55,110 nucleotides of DNA from Nitrospirota bacterium. Its GTDB lineage: Bacteria > Nitrospirota > Thermodesulfovibrionia > Thermodesulfovibrionales > JdFR-85. The DNA lies in the NCBI GenBank assembly GCA_015492515.1, contig WGEZ01000110.1, positions 1 through 55,110 on the forward strand, written 5' to 3'. Below the pieces are notes generated by a model. That model was given only the letters and a program-made list of their open reading frames with translations. It was not told the origin of the DNA and did not search any database. Positions within the stretch are counted from its first letter, which is position 1. The number at the start of each line of letters is the position of its first letter. Of this stretch, positions 35,839 to 47,445 are shown piece by piece. A program made the translations under genes and the position numbers.

Positions 35839-37029
35839 TCAGGGAAGCCGTGTAAGGCCGTGCTTGATCTTCCAGAGGTAGTACTTCTCGAAGCCGGCCT
35901 TGAGCCACCTGTAATGGATCCCCGCCTTCAGCTTGGCCTCCTCCCGCGGCGGAAGGACGGGGCTGGCCTTCATGTAGGCCGCCGTGTTGCCCATGTCCAT
36001 CAGGCAGACGGCGCTGAGCGGCCCGGTCTCGGGGGTGGGTCTGCCGAGGATCTCCGCTGCTATGGTCTTCGCTGCATCCTTTGCCATCACCACGGTCATG
36101 TAGCCTGTCTTCGGGACACCTGTAGGCACCGGTGTGGGCTCAGGCGGCGCCATCGCCACAGCCACACCCACGGAGAGGATGTTCCTGTGGTCTCTGTGCC
36201 TGTAGTTTTCATCGACGGGTATGAACCCCTTCGGGTTGCCCAGGTGGGAGACCGCCTTCACACCGGTCATCGGAGGGGCGAACATGGAGAGCTTGAAGGG
36301 GAGCCTCGTCCCGTCGGCAAGCCTCACCTCATCGGGCGTGAACTCCTCCACCGAGATGTTCGCCGCCACCTTGATATCCCTCGCTGCAAAGACGTCCTCC
36401 ATCATCCTCCTGGAAGTGCCGAGACCTCCTATCCCGAAGTGACCGACGTAGGGCTCGGAGGTGACGAAGGTGATCGGGACCCTGTGCCGGATCCTCCTCC
36501 TCCTCAGCTCGGCGTCCACCTCGAAGACGTACTCATAGGCCGGGCCGAAACAGCTCACACCCTGCACAGAGCCTACCACGACGGGCCCGGGGTCTTCGAG
36601 CAGGCCTTCCCATGCCCTGCGGCACCTGAGGGCCTGCTCAAGGAGAAAGATGCATTCCGTGTACCCCTGCTCAGGACCGAGCCCCGGCACCGCTGAGAAG
36701 GCGAGGGCGGGGCCTGTGGCTATGACGAGGTAGTCATACTCGATCTCTCTCGTCCTCGTGCTCACCTTCGAGGCTGCGGCGTCGACACCCGTCGCCTCCT
36801 CATGGATGAACTCTATCCCTTTGGGCTCGAGGATACCGGCAAGGGGGAGGGTTATATCCTCGGGCCTCCTCCATCCCATGGAGACCCACGGGAGGGAGGG
36901 GATGAATACGAACCTCTCAAGGTCGCACAGGAGTGTTACGCGGGCCTTACCGCCGAGATGCCTCCTCAGCTCGAAGGCCGCCGTGAGCCCCCCGAAGGAC
37001 CCTCCCAAGACGACTATCCTTGCAGCCAT
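35839..37029 (-). CDS. sqr: Sulfide:quinone oxidoreductase-like flavoprotein
   Basis: FAD motif IVVLGGSFGG is present. Conserved redox Cys contexts are GVSCFGPAYE and SAVCLMDMG. The C-terminal amphipathic helices are typical of SQR. Confidence 0.8.
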   Translation of the reverse strand: MAARIVVLGGSFGGLTAAFELRRHLGGKARVTLLCDLERFVFIPSLPWVSMGWRRPEDITLPLAGILEPKGIEFIHEEATGVDAAASKVSTRTREIEYDYLVIATGPALAFSAVPGLGPEQGYTECIFLLEQALRCRRAWEGLLEDPGPVVVGSVQGVSCFGPAYEYVFEVDAELRRRRIRHRVPITFVTSEPYVGHFGIGGLGTSRRMMEDVFAARDIKVAANISVEEFTPDEVRLADGTRLPFKLSMFAPPMTGVKAVSHLGNPKGFIPVDENYRHRDHRNILSVGVAVAMAPPEPTPVPTGVPKTGYMTVVMAKDAAKTIAAEILGRPTPETGPLSAVCLMDMGNTAAYMKASPVLPPREEAKLKAGIHYRWLKAGFEKYYLWKIKHGLTRLP

Positions 37030-37070
37030 AACGTTGCTCTCCTGCCAGGTCCGATCCGGCGTGGCGGGGT

Positions 37071-37355
37071 TCAGAACGCGCCCACGACCTTCTCCTCCTC
37101 CTCCGCCATCAGCTCTATCAGTTCGTCCCAGTCGATCAGCTTCAGCCCCCGCTCGAGCTCCTCCTCCCTCAGTCCCCTGAGGTTGACATCCTCCTCCACT
37201 GCACAGGCGGTGCCGCAGAAACCGTCAAGCTGCTCCCTCAATGCAAAGTAGACCCCGTTCTGCAGAAGCACTATATCAGACGACATGTCCCTTGCGAGCT
37301 TCAGGGCCCTCCTGCCTTCCGATGTGTCGGGCCCGCTCTTTATGATCGTAAGCAT
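37071..37355 (-). CDS. dsrH: DsrH/TusB-like sulfur relay protein
   Basis: MLTIIKSGPD...IVLLQNGVY. The start is set at the ATG at 37355, which follows AGGAGG. The ORF-track GTG lies 9 nt upstream. Confidence 0.75.
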   Translation of the reverse strand: MLTIIKSGPDTSEGRRALKLARDMSSDIVLLQNGVYFALREQLDGFCGTACAVEEDVNLRGLREEELERGLKLIDWDELIELMAEEEEKVVGAF

Positions 37356-37367
37356 CCCCTCCACCTC

Positions 37368-37718
37368 CTAAAATATCATGGTCCTGTCCGATTCCTTCAC
37401 CGCCTCGGAGAGCTCGTAGCCGTTGACGATCCTGACCCCTTCGATGACATCCTCCGGCTCGAGACCGAACTCCCTCACCGAACCCCTGTCGGCGATGACG
37501 TCTCCGCCCATCTCGATCACGTCCTTCAGGGACTCACCGAGGTTGGTGTATCCGGTATCGCCTTCAGACTGCCCCTTCTTCGCCACCATCACCCCGGCGT
37601 CACAGAGGATCAGCCTCACCTCCATATCCTCGCCGATGGCGCCGAGGGCGTGCCTTACGGCCTCGGCGGCCTGAACGTCACCGTAGGGCGGCCTCGTCAA
37701 TATCACTGAAAGCCTCAT
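37368..37718 (-). CDS. dsrF: DsrF/TusC-like sulfur relay protein
   Basis: MRLSVILTRPPYG...RLILCDAGV has the DsrE/F fold pattern. SD AGGAGG lies upstream. Confidence 0.78.
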   Translation of the reverse strand: MRLSVILTRPPYGDVQAAEAVRHALGAIGEDMEVRLILCDAGVMVAKKGQSEGDTGYTNLGESLKDVIEMGGDVIADRGSVREFGLEPEDVIEGVRIVNGYELSEAVKESDRTMIF

Positions 37719-37758
37719 CTCATCCTCCTGTGAAAGACCATCGTCGTTTCCGTCAACC

Positions 37759-38109
37759 TCAGAGATTGAGCCACACGTCGGTCTCGGCCATCGTCTTGAA
37801 GAGCCCCTTCAGCGAGCCGACCTCTGTGCCGTCAAGGTAGTCCTCTTTCGCCGCACGGCGATAGTTTATGCAGCCGCCTCAGAGATAGACCTTCAACCCC
37901 CTGGCTATCAGCCCGGCGAAGAGATCGCCGGCATGGGGGATCCCCTTCGCCTTCTGACCCTTCAGGAAGCAGTAGACACCATCACCCGATGCGATCAGGT
38001 TGACGCGGTGGCCCTTCCCCAGGGCGCTCTCCGCAACCCTGACGGCCGTGAGCGTGTTCTCGTGTGTATAGGGTGCAGTGGTGAGAAATATCGTGAACGT
38101 CTTCGCCAT
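37759..38109 (-). CDS. dsrE: DsrE/TusD-like sulfur relay protein with a predicted selenocysteine (in-frame TGA at 37879-37881)
   Basis: The ORF track stops at ...GLKVYL*. The same frame continues GGCINYRRAAKEDYLDGTEVGSLKGLFKTMAETDVWLNL* to 37759. The TGA aligns with the TusD/DsrE active-site Cys (NICVAAALRRG). The full length of 116 aa is normal for the family. Confidence 0.7.
37845..37864 (-). promoter_or_regulatory. Candidate bacterial SECIS hairpin
   Basis: The RNA CUAUCGCC-GUGC-GGCGAAAG forms 8 bp with one A.A mismatch and a GU-containing loop. It starts 14 nt after the in-frame UGA. Confidence 0.4.
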
Positions 38110-38125
38110 GCCGCCTCCTTCCTCC

Positions 38126-38500
38126 TCAGATCTCCCTTGCCGAGGGGCCCCGGCCCTTCCGGCGCCTCCTCTTTCCCGGGTATTTCCCCCTCCTGGTCAC
38201 CGGGCAGCATGCCGGTGCCGGGAGTGCCTCGGGATAGTCCCTTCCGAGCAGCTCGATGATCTCGGGGATGATGGGGTCGACGAGATAGTAACACCTCAGC
38301 CTGCCGTCCATGTAGTAGTCGATGACACCGTGGTTCCTGAGCAGCCCGAGATGCTGGGAGATGTTGGGCTGGCTCACATCGAGAAACTCCTCGAAGTCAC
38401 TCACACACTTCACGCCCTTCATGAGCTCCTCGAGTATCCTGATCCTGACGGGATGGGCTATGATCCTCAGCAGCTCCACCTTCTGCCCGAGTGACCTCAT
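38126..38500 (-). CDS. ArsR/SmtB-family regulator with two-cysteine, SqrR/BigR-like spacing
   Basis: The wHTH reads AHPVRIRILEEL...VSQPNISQHLGLLRNHGV. Cys32 (KCVSDF) and Cys98/99 (PACCP) are 66 residues apart. There is no ELCVCDL metal site. Confidence 0.8.
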   Translation of the reverse strand: MRSLGQKVELLRIIAHPVRIRILEELMKGVKCVSDFEEFLDVSQPNISQHLGLLRNHGVIDYYMDGRLRCYYLVDPIIPEIIELLGRDYPEALPAPACCPVTRRGKYPGKRRRRKGRGPSAREI

Positions 38501-38567
38501 TCGACCCCCCTTCCTTCCGCGGAGGCCGTGAGGACCGGATACGGCTGCGTCGTCTCTCCGGAAAACA

Positions 38568-38597
38568 TCATATGCAAATATTATAATATTTTTATGA
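38568..38597. promoter_or_regulatory. Candidate operator: perfect palindrome AAATATTATAATATTT (38576-38591) inside the imperfect inverted repeat TCATA...TATGA
   Basis: The 16-bp core equals its own reverse complement. It lies in the arsR/CDF divergent intergenic region and overlaps the arsR -10. Confidence 0.5.
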
Positions 38598-38606
38598 AAA
38601 AGTCAA
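38578..38606 (-). promoter_or_regulatory. sigma70-type promoter of the arsR-dsrEFH-sqr operon: TTGACT-17-TAATAT
   Basis: On the minus strand the -35 lies at 38601-38606 and the -10 at 38578-38583. Confidence 0.45.
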
Positions 38607-38691
38607 GGGGTCTTCTCTGCTCTCACCTCTGCAGGGCGTTCCTCTCACCCCCTGTATGAGAAAAAGCGCATCTTTTTAGTATACTTCAGGT

Positions 38692-41771
<3,080 letters not shown>

Positions 41772-42398
41772 TCAACCGCCCCCGGGGTTCACCATCCTGT
41801 AGCGGAGCCCTCTTATGAACCGGGCGATATCCCTGCCGAGCTTCACCCCCGCCCTCCTGAAGTCCGACCCCCCTTCGAAGCGGCTCTCGTGGCTGAAATC
41901 CGCCAGGGGCCTGCCTGTGGAGGCCTCCAGGAGCTCGCCGTCCACCGCCACAGTGGTGGAACCCCTCGACAGGAACCCCCCTGGCTCGGAGGCGAGGGTG
42001 GTGAACCTCGCCCTCAGTATCACCGCTGAGGCAGAGGGATAGTCGATCGTCGAGGCCCTCTCCACCTTATCAAAGAGACCCCACCGCCTAAGGCTCCCGG
42101 CAACCACGTCGGGGACCATGGTGGCGAGGGACCTCACCGAGTCGTTGAACCCACCACCGCCGGGACCGCTTACGACCGTGCCTTCCAGGGAGAAGTCCAG
42201 GATCACTATCTCGCTGTACCTTTCACCAAGTCCCCTGGCGGTGTAGACATGTTCGGCACCGAGCCCCCTCTCCGGGACCTTCCCCGCCCCTCCCACCGGC
42301 CCCTCCGTCAGGGCCCTGCCTCCGGCACAGCCGGTCAGCAGCAGGAGGCCCGCCAGGACTCCGGCGATCCTACCCCTGAATGCACCTGGATCCATCAC
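41772..42398 (-). CDS. Hypothetical lipoprotein
   Basis: The signal peptide with lipobox reads GVLAGLLLLTGC. No family was recognised. Confidence 0.5.
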   Translation of the reverse strand: MMDPGAFRGRIAGVLAGLLLLTGCAGGRALTEGPVGGAGKVPERGLGAEHVYTARGLGERYSEIVILDFSLEGTVVSGPGGGGFNDSVRSLATMVPDVVAGSLRRWGLFDKVERASTIDYPSASAVILRARFTTLASEPGGFLSRGSTTVAVDGELLEASTGRPLADFSHESRFEGGSDFRRAGVKLGRDIARFIRGLRYRMVNPGGG

Positions 42399-42455
42399 GA
42401 GTTACGACGCCTGAACAAGCCCCCCCTGAGGCAGGAACGGTGGTTGATCAGACCC

Positions 42456-42770
42456 TCAGAGGGCCTCCTCACCGCTGAAGGGTTTCAGGTACTCCTCCCA
42501 CTCCATGGGCAGCATGTACTTCTTCCTGCTGTTGCACTCCTTACAGGCTGTGACGATATTGGACCTTATGCTCTTCCCACCCCTTATGAGCGGCACCACA
42601 TGGTCCATGGTCAGCTCACGGGGTGAGGTCCTTCTGCCGCAGTAGAAGCAGACCCCCCGCCCCTTCTTCTGCCTCCACCACCTGGTGGCCCTGAGCTGCC
42701 TTGCCTTCTCCTTCTCCCTCTTTATCTCCTCATCCGTCACCTGAGGAGAGAAGCCTTGATCAACAGACAT
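42456..42770 (-). CDS. Small stand-alone HNH endonuclease
   Basis: CFYCG...DHVVPLIRGG...NIVTACKECNSRK is an HNH/zinc-finger motif, preceded by a basic N-terminal helix. The start is set at the ATG at 42770. Confidence 0.8.
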   Translation of the reverse strand: MSVDQGFSPQVTDEEIKREKEKARQLRATRWWRQKKGRGVCFYCGRRTSPRELTMDHVVPLIRGGKSIRSNIVTACKECNSRKKYMLPMEWEEYLKPFSGEEAL

Positions 42771-42777
42771 GATCCCT

Positions 42778-42786
42778 ATTATACCA
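42778..42786 (-). promoter_or_regulatory. Extended -10 promoter element TGGTATAAT
   Basis: On the minus strand TGnTATAAT lies 7 nt upstream of the HNH ATG. No SD is present. Confidence 0.45.
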
Positions 42787-42823
42787 GAAACCACCGCTTA
42801 CAGGCCCCGCCGAGCGGTGCCGG

Positions 42824-44803
42824 TCACGGCAGATCACTGTAGAGGACCGTCCGATCCCTCCCCTGCTCCTTTGCGGCATAGAGGGCCCTGTCCGCGCGCT
42901 CGATCAGCTGGTCCTTCCTGAGGGCGTCTGAGGGGTACGAGGCTATCCCGAGGCTGGTCGTAACCCTGAACCGATGGCCGTCGACGTCGAACTCCCTGTC
43001 CTTGACGCTCTTCCTCACACGTTCGGCTATCCTCCTTGCACTCCTCGCCTCGGCCTTCACCACCATCACCGCGAACTCCTCCCCGCCGTACCGTGCGGGC
43101 AGATCGATCTCCCTCACCCCCTCCCTTATCGTTTCAGCCACGCCCCTCAGCACCACGTCACCGACGGGATGGCCGTAGGTGTCGTTCACCTTCTTGAAGT
43201 GGTCGATATCGATCAGTATCAACGAGAGGGGGTCGTTGAAACGCATCGACCTTCTGAACTCGTCCGAGAGCCTCTCCTGGAAGTGGCGGTGGTTTATCAG
43301 GCCGGTCAGCCCGTCGGTGAAGGCCATCATCTTGATCTCCTCGTGCAGAAGGACGTTGGAGATGTTGACGGAGACCTGGTTCACCAGGATCTTGAGCAGC
43401 TCGATCTGCTGCGGGCTGAAGGCGTCCCTCTCCTGAGAGAGGGACGTCAGTATACCCTTGAGCCTCGATTCATGGAAGAGGGGCAGAGCGAGGACCGATC
43501 TCACACCCTTATGAGCGAAGGGAAGCACCCGCGTCTTGAAGGTGCTCACGTCGGGGTGGTAGAAGGGGTCGAGGTTTGCATCAACCATCTCGAGGACGGT
43601 GCCCTTCAGGGAGGCAACGGTCCTCTCCTTCGGCCTGATCCCGCCCTTTGCGAAGACATCGTATGAGCGTTCCCCCTTCAGCAGCAGCACCACCGTGCCG
43701 CCCGAGACCCTCTCGGCGCTGTCCACTATCCTCATGCAGAGCTCGGGCAGATCCAGGGACTCCGCAAGCCTCAGCCCCTCCTCGTGGAGGATGTGCAGCC
43801 CCCTGTAGTCCAGCCGTATCCGGGAGTGTATCCTCTGCCGCTTCAGGACCCTGGCGATCTCCCGGGCGAAGAGTTCCATCAGGTGCAGGTCCCGCTGGTC
43901 GAAGGCATGATGTCTTGAGCTGTCGGCGCAGAGCACACCCAGGGGGGTGGAGTGCTCCATCACCGGCACGGAGAGGAAGGCGACGGTCCCCTCATCGGTC
44001 AGATAACCCGGCTCGACACCCCTCTCACCGGGTCCGGCGGAGTAGAGCGCCGGCTCCCCCCTCCGGAATACGGAGTAAACCAGCCCTTCTCCGGTGGTCA
44101 CCACCTCCGGCCTGCTTGAAGACAACGCCCGCGTGAACCCGCCTCCGCCGTCGAGGAAGAGGTTGACCGAGTCCGCCTCCACCGCCTCCTCGGCCGTCCT
44201 GAGGAGCCCCTGGATCTCGTCATCGAACTCGAGCACCTCTGATGAGAGCTGCCCCCTGCCACCCCCTGGAGGGTAGGAGGCGTCAGCAGCCGTCCTCCCT
44301 CCGTGAGCCGGTTCCCTCCTCGTCCTCCTCAGCCTGTAGAGATAGAGGCGCGGGGGAAGGAGCGTCAGTGTGAGTATGCCCAGGAGGACCAGGGCATCCC
44401 CACTTCGGCTCGCGAGCTCCCGGATGTGGAGCAGGGGCTGAAGGAGGAGGACCACCGCGAGGCCCCTTAGGTCGAGGAAGAGCCCTGCGGCCGTGACGGC
44501 GGGGATATGGAGAAGATGGAGCCCTCCGAACCCCGTTGCCTGGTGGAGCGCCTCGAGGCCCGCCTGGAGACCGAATACCATGAGGAAGTGCCTGCCCAGG
44601 CCCCTCAGATAGTTCAGCACGTTGAGGGAGAGAAAGAGGAGGAGCAGGATCAAGAAGGGGATGATCCTCTCCGACGGAAGGTCGTAGTACAGGGAGAGAG
44701 CTAACAGCAGGAGGAATAGATATGGAAGGAGGCTGGTCAGCCCGAATGTCTGCCTCTTCTTCTCTCCTCCTCGGCGAAGAATTTTCTGTACAGTACTTCC
44801 CAC
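42824..44803 (-). CDS. Membrane-anchored GAF-GAF-GGDEF diguanylate cyclase
   Basis: N-terminal TM helices and two GAF-like regions are present. The GGDEF domain has active site RYGGEEFAV. The GTG start overlaps the DUF507 3' end by 67 nt. Confidence 0.85.
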   Translation of the reverse strand: MGSTVQKILRRGGEKKRQTFGLTSLLPYLFLLLLALSLYYDLPSERIIPFLILLLLFLSLNVLNYLRGLGRHFLMVFGLQAGLEALHQATGFGGLHLLHIPAVTAAGLFLDLRGLAVVLLLQPLLHIRELASRSGDALVLLGILTLTLLPPRLYLYRLRRTRREPAHGGRTAADASYPPGGGRGQLSSEVLEFDDEIQGLLRTAEEAVEADSVNLFLDGGGGFTRALSSSRPEVVTTGEGLVYSVFRRGEPALYSAGPGERGVEPGYLTDEGTVAFLSVPVMEHSTPLGVLCADSSRHHAFDQRDLHLMELFAREIARVLKRQRIHSRIRLDYRGLHILHEEGLRLAESLDLPELCMRIVDSAERVSGGTVVLLLKGERSYDVFAKGGIRPKERTVASLKGTVLEMVDANLDPFYHPDVSTFKTRVLPFAHKGVRSVLALPLFHESRLKGILTSLSQERDAFSPQQIELLKILVNQVSVNISNVLLHEEIKMMAFTDGLTGLINHRHFQERLSDEFRRSMRFNDPLSLILIDIDHFKKVNDTYGHPVGDVVLRGVAETIREGVREIDLPARYGGEEFAVMVVKAEARSARRIAERVRKSVKDREFDVDGHRFRVTTSLGIASYPSDALRKDQLIERADRALYAAKEQGRDRTVLYSDLP

Positions 44804-45021
44804 TCAGAGCTGCCTTCGACTATCTTCCTCGAATAGGAAAGGATCTTCTCTCTGACAGCCTCATCTATCTCCTCCCCTGCCTTCAACTCTTCCGTTATGG
44901 AACGTCTTATCCGGCGTCTGACCCTCCCCTCGTCCTCGTTGATCTTGACGAGCCCCCTCTCCTTCAACCCCCTCAGCAGGATGTGGCTCATATGGGTGAT
45001 CTTTTCATCGGAGAGCATCAT
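44737..45021 (-). CDS. DUF507 family protein
   Basis: [25 protein letters not shown]... matches my recollection of the DUF507 pattern. It is a paralog of the upstream gene. Confidence 0.6.
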   Translation of the reverse strand: MMLSDEKITHMSHILLRGLKERGLVKINEDEGRVRRRIRRSITEELKAGEEIDEAVREKILSYSRKIVEGSSEWEVLYRKFFAEEERRRGRHSG

Positions 45022-45299
45022 AGGACGAGGTTCCTCTCCCTCACGAGCCTCTTCTTGGTGAGTTCGAAGAGCCTCCTGTAATCGAGGCGGTTCTGTTCGA
45101 TCTCAGGGGCGTGCTCTCTCAGTATCTCCCTCACTTCCTCGTTCAGCCTGTCCTCGACCATCAGTTCATCGAGGAGCAGCTCCTCCGTGGCTGAGAGGAG
45201 TTCCTTCTCGGGTACGGCTGGCTCTATGTAACCCTCCCTGATGAGGTCGTCGATTATCCTCTTGGCCATAGGCGCCACCCACGACCTGGGGATCCTCAT
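45018..45299 (-). CDS. DUF507 family protein
   Basis: [25 protein letters not shown].... Its ATG overlaps the rpsR stop (ATGA), and its stop overlaps the next start. Confidence 0.6.
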   Translation of the reverse strand: MRIPRSWVAPMAKRIIDDLIREGYIEPAVPEKELLSATEELLLDELMVEDRLNEEVREILREHAPEIEQNRLDYRRLFELTKKRLVRERNLVL

Positions 45300-45514
45300 C
45301 TTTCCATGAACGGCAGCAGCGATATGTTCCTTGCCCTCTTGATAGCGGAGGTGAGCTCCCTCTGGTGCCTGGCGCATGTACCGGTCATCCTCCGGGGCAG
45401 GATCTTTCCCCTCTCGGTTATATACATCCTCAAGGTCTTGGTGTCCTTGTAGTCGATAAAGGGGACGTCGTCCGCACAGAACTTGCAGTATCGTCTGCGC
45501 TGAAACCTCCTCAT
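45296..45514 (-). CDS. rpsR: 30S ribosomal protein S18
   Basis: [19 protein letters not shown]...[24 protein letters not shown]. Confidence 0.95.
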   Translation of the reverse strand: MRRFQRRRYCKFCADDVPFIDYKDTKTLRMYITERGKILPRRMTGTCARHQRELTSAIKRARNISLLPFMER

Positions 45515-45628
45515 CCTTCTCCGGCTCCTTTCGTCAATGGTTTGATCTGCACAGCGAAGGGATCAAGAGGGTCCTCGCTGCATATCGAAAAACAGCTGGG
45601 ACGCCTCCCCAGGCCCTTCATCCAGCGT

Positions 45629-46021
45629 TCAGAACGGTTCGATCCCCGTCGTCTCTTCCGGAGGGGAGAGCTCTTCCTCGCCCCCGTACTCCGGCGAGGA
45701 GTCCCTCCTGGGCATGAACCTCACACTGTTTGCGACAACCTCGAACTTGCTCTTCTGCTGGCCCTCGTACTCCCAGCGCCTCTCCTTCAATCTACCCTCC
45801 ACGAGCACGCTCCTCCCTTTGCTGAGATACTGCGTGACGTTTTCGGCCTGTTTGCCGAAGACCACCGTGTCTATGAAGAGGGTCTCGTCCTTGAATTCCT
45901 CGCCCTGCTTGACACGGGAGTTGACAGCGATCCGCATGTTCGTCACCGGTGTGCCCTGGGGCGTGTATCTCAGTTCAGGGTCCTTGGTGAGGTTGCCTAT
46001 GAGGATCACCTTGTTGAACAT
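45629..46021 (-). CDS. ssb: Single-stranded DNA-binding protein
   Basis: MFNKVILIGNLTKDPELRYTP forms the OB fold, and the acidic C-terminal tip reads TGIEPF. Confidence 0.93.
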   Translation of the reverse strand: MFNKVILIGNLTKDPELRYTPQGTPVTNMRIAVNSRVKQGEEFKDETLFIDTVVFGKQAENVTQYLSKGRSVLVEGRLKERRWEYEGQQKSKFEVVANSVRFMPRRDSSPEYGGEEELSPPEETTGIEPF

Positions 46022-46023
46022 CG

Positions 46024-46386
46024 CTATGCTCCTTCGACGCTCTCCTGAGGCTCTGACTCGGGAGATTCCTTCAGCTCCTCCATAAGGGCTGATATCTGTT
46101 TCTTGCCGAGTTTTACGATCATATACTTGAAGACGGGATCGTAGACCCTGTAGAAATCCTCGAGCTTCTTTACCGATGAGGGTTGGGCCTTGTAGATGAA
46201 GAGGATATAGTAGCCCTGGTTCCGCTTGTTCAGCTCATAGGCGAGCTTTCTTCTGCCCCAGCGGTCTTCCTTCAGTATCTCGCCTCCGGACTTCGTTAGG
46301 ACCTCTTTGATCTTCTGTGAGGCTGCCTCGATCTCTTCGTCGCCGAGGGTGGGTTCGATGATCACGATATTCTCGTAATAGTTCAT
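46024..46386 (-). CDS. rpsF: 30S ribosomal protein S6
   Basis: MNYYENIVIIEPTL...WGRRKLAYE. Confidence 0.93.
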   Translation of the reverse strand: MNYYENIVIIEPTLGDEEIEAASQKIKEVLTKSGGEILKEDRWGRRKLAYELNKRNQGYYILFIYKAQPSSVKKLEDFYRVYDPVFKYMIVKLGKKQISALMEELKESPESEPQESVEGA

Positions 46387-46409
46387 CCTGACCTCCTTAC
46401 GGATATGAA

Positions 46410-46431
46410 GCCCCCTCCTTCGGAAGGGAGC
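46410..46431 (-). ncRNA. 5'-UTR hairpin of rpsF (candidate S6:S18 autoregulatory leader)
   Basis: The minus-strand RNA GCUCCCUUC-CGAA-GGAGGGGGC forms 9 bp including two G.U pairs. It lies between the predicted promoter and the SD AAGGAGG. Confidence 0.3.
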
Positions 46432-46467
46432 AAGGAGTGAGACCGCGATGAATCATCGGGTCCGTTC

Positions 46468-46497
46468 TTTATACCATAAACAGGGGTGTTAAATCAA
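46468..46497 (-). promoter_or_regulatory. sigma70-type promoter of rpsF: TTGATT-18-TATAAA
   Basis: On the minus strand the -35 lies at 46492-46497 and the -10 at 46468-46473. Confidence 0.45.
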
Positions 46498-46512
46498 GCA
46501 GAGGGGACTCCG

Positions 46513-47445
46513 TCAGTCCTTCATCACCTCCTCCTTCTTCAGCAGGACGTCGGCGAGCCTGTAGGAGGGGACCCTGTAGAAGAACTCGCCACCCTCGGGA
46601 TGCGCCCACCAGTGGGTGCCGCCTTTCCCTTTCACGAAGCTCACCTCGGCGAGCCTCTCGCCCCCGGCACCGAACACGCGGAGGACGGTTCGGTCCCCGG
46701 CCTTGCTGAACTCCTTCACCTCTTCCTCCTGGAGGAACCCGGAGGCCTCAAGGGAGGCGAGGGCTGAAAGGAGCCTCCCGGCGGTCTGCTCCTCGAGCCG
46801 GACCGTCCTGCCCGAGGCCTCGGCCTGCCACTTCCCCTCCTCCGTCCTGGTTATCGTGAGCAGCTCCGGCCCCGAGGCTATCTCGATCCTCCTCACCGAA
46901 TCGGGGGGGACGGCCAGGACCACCCTGTCGCGCCAGGCGGTGACGTCCTGAGAGAGCTTCTCAAGCAGCCTCCCTGAAACGAGGTAGAGCCTCTCAGAGC
47001 CCTCCTTCTTCGCATAGAAGGAGCCGGGGCCAGGACCCCGCCTGCCGATCAGGTACGTCCTGGATGCACCACCTCCGCTGAAGGTGACGACGTAGCCCTT
47101 CTCCTCGGTGGCGTCGAAGCCTCCGTGGTTGGCGGGATTCCTCGATACGAGGGACTCGACCCTCAGTCCGCCGATGACCTCGAAGAGATCCTCCACCTCC
47201 TTCCCGGAGGCCTTGAAGCCGTTTATACTCCAGCCCTCCCTCCCCTTGACAAGCCTCTTCTGCTGTCCACCCTTCCTTATGGTGATCTCCTCCGTCCACT
47301 CAGGGGTGACCGCGGAGAACCCGAGATCGGCCTCTACAGAACGGGGGGCTCTCAAGCCGAGGGGTCCGCTCCACCACGGTGCACTCGCCGCCGCGAGCAA
47401 GATGATGAAGAGGCCCAGCAGAATGATCATGCTCTTGCTGCTCAT
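46513..47445 (-). CDS. DUF4340-like exported protein (accessory to the GldG-type ABC system)
   Basis: It has an N-terminal signal anchor, a 4-nt overlap with the upstream GldG-like gene, and the usual gene order ABC-GldF/G-DUF4340. Confidence 0.5.
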   Translation of the reverse strand: MSSKSMIILLGLFIILLAAASAPWWSGPLGLRAPRSVEADLGFSAVTPEWTEEITIRKGGQQKRLVKGREGWSINGFKASGKEVEDLFEVIGGLRVESLVSRNPANHGGFDATEEKGYVVTFSGGGASRTYLIGRRGPGPGSFYAKKEGSERLYLVSGRLLEKLSQDVTAWRDRVVLAVPPDSVRRIEIASGPELLTITRTEEGKWQAEASGRTVRLEEQTAGRLLSALASLEASGFLQEEEVKEFSKAGDRTVLRVFGAGGERLAEVSFVKGKGGTHWWAHPEGGEFFYRVPSYRLADVLLKKEEVMKD

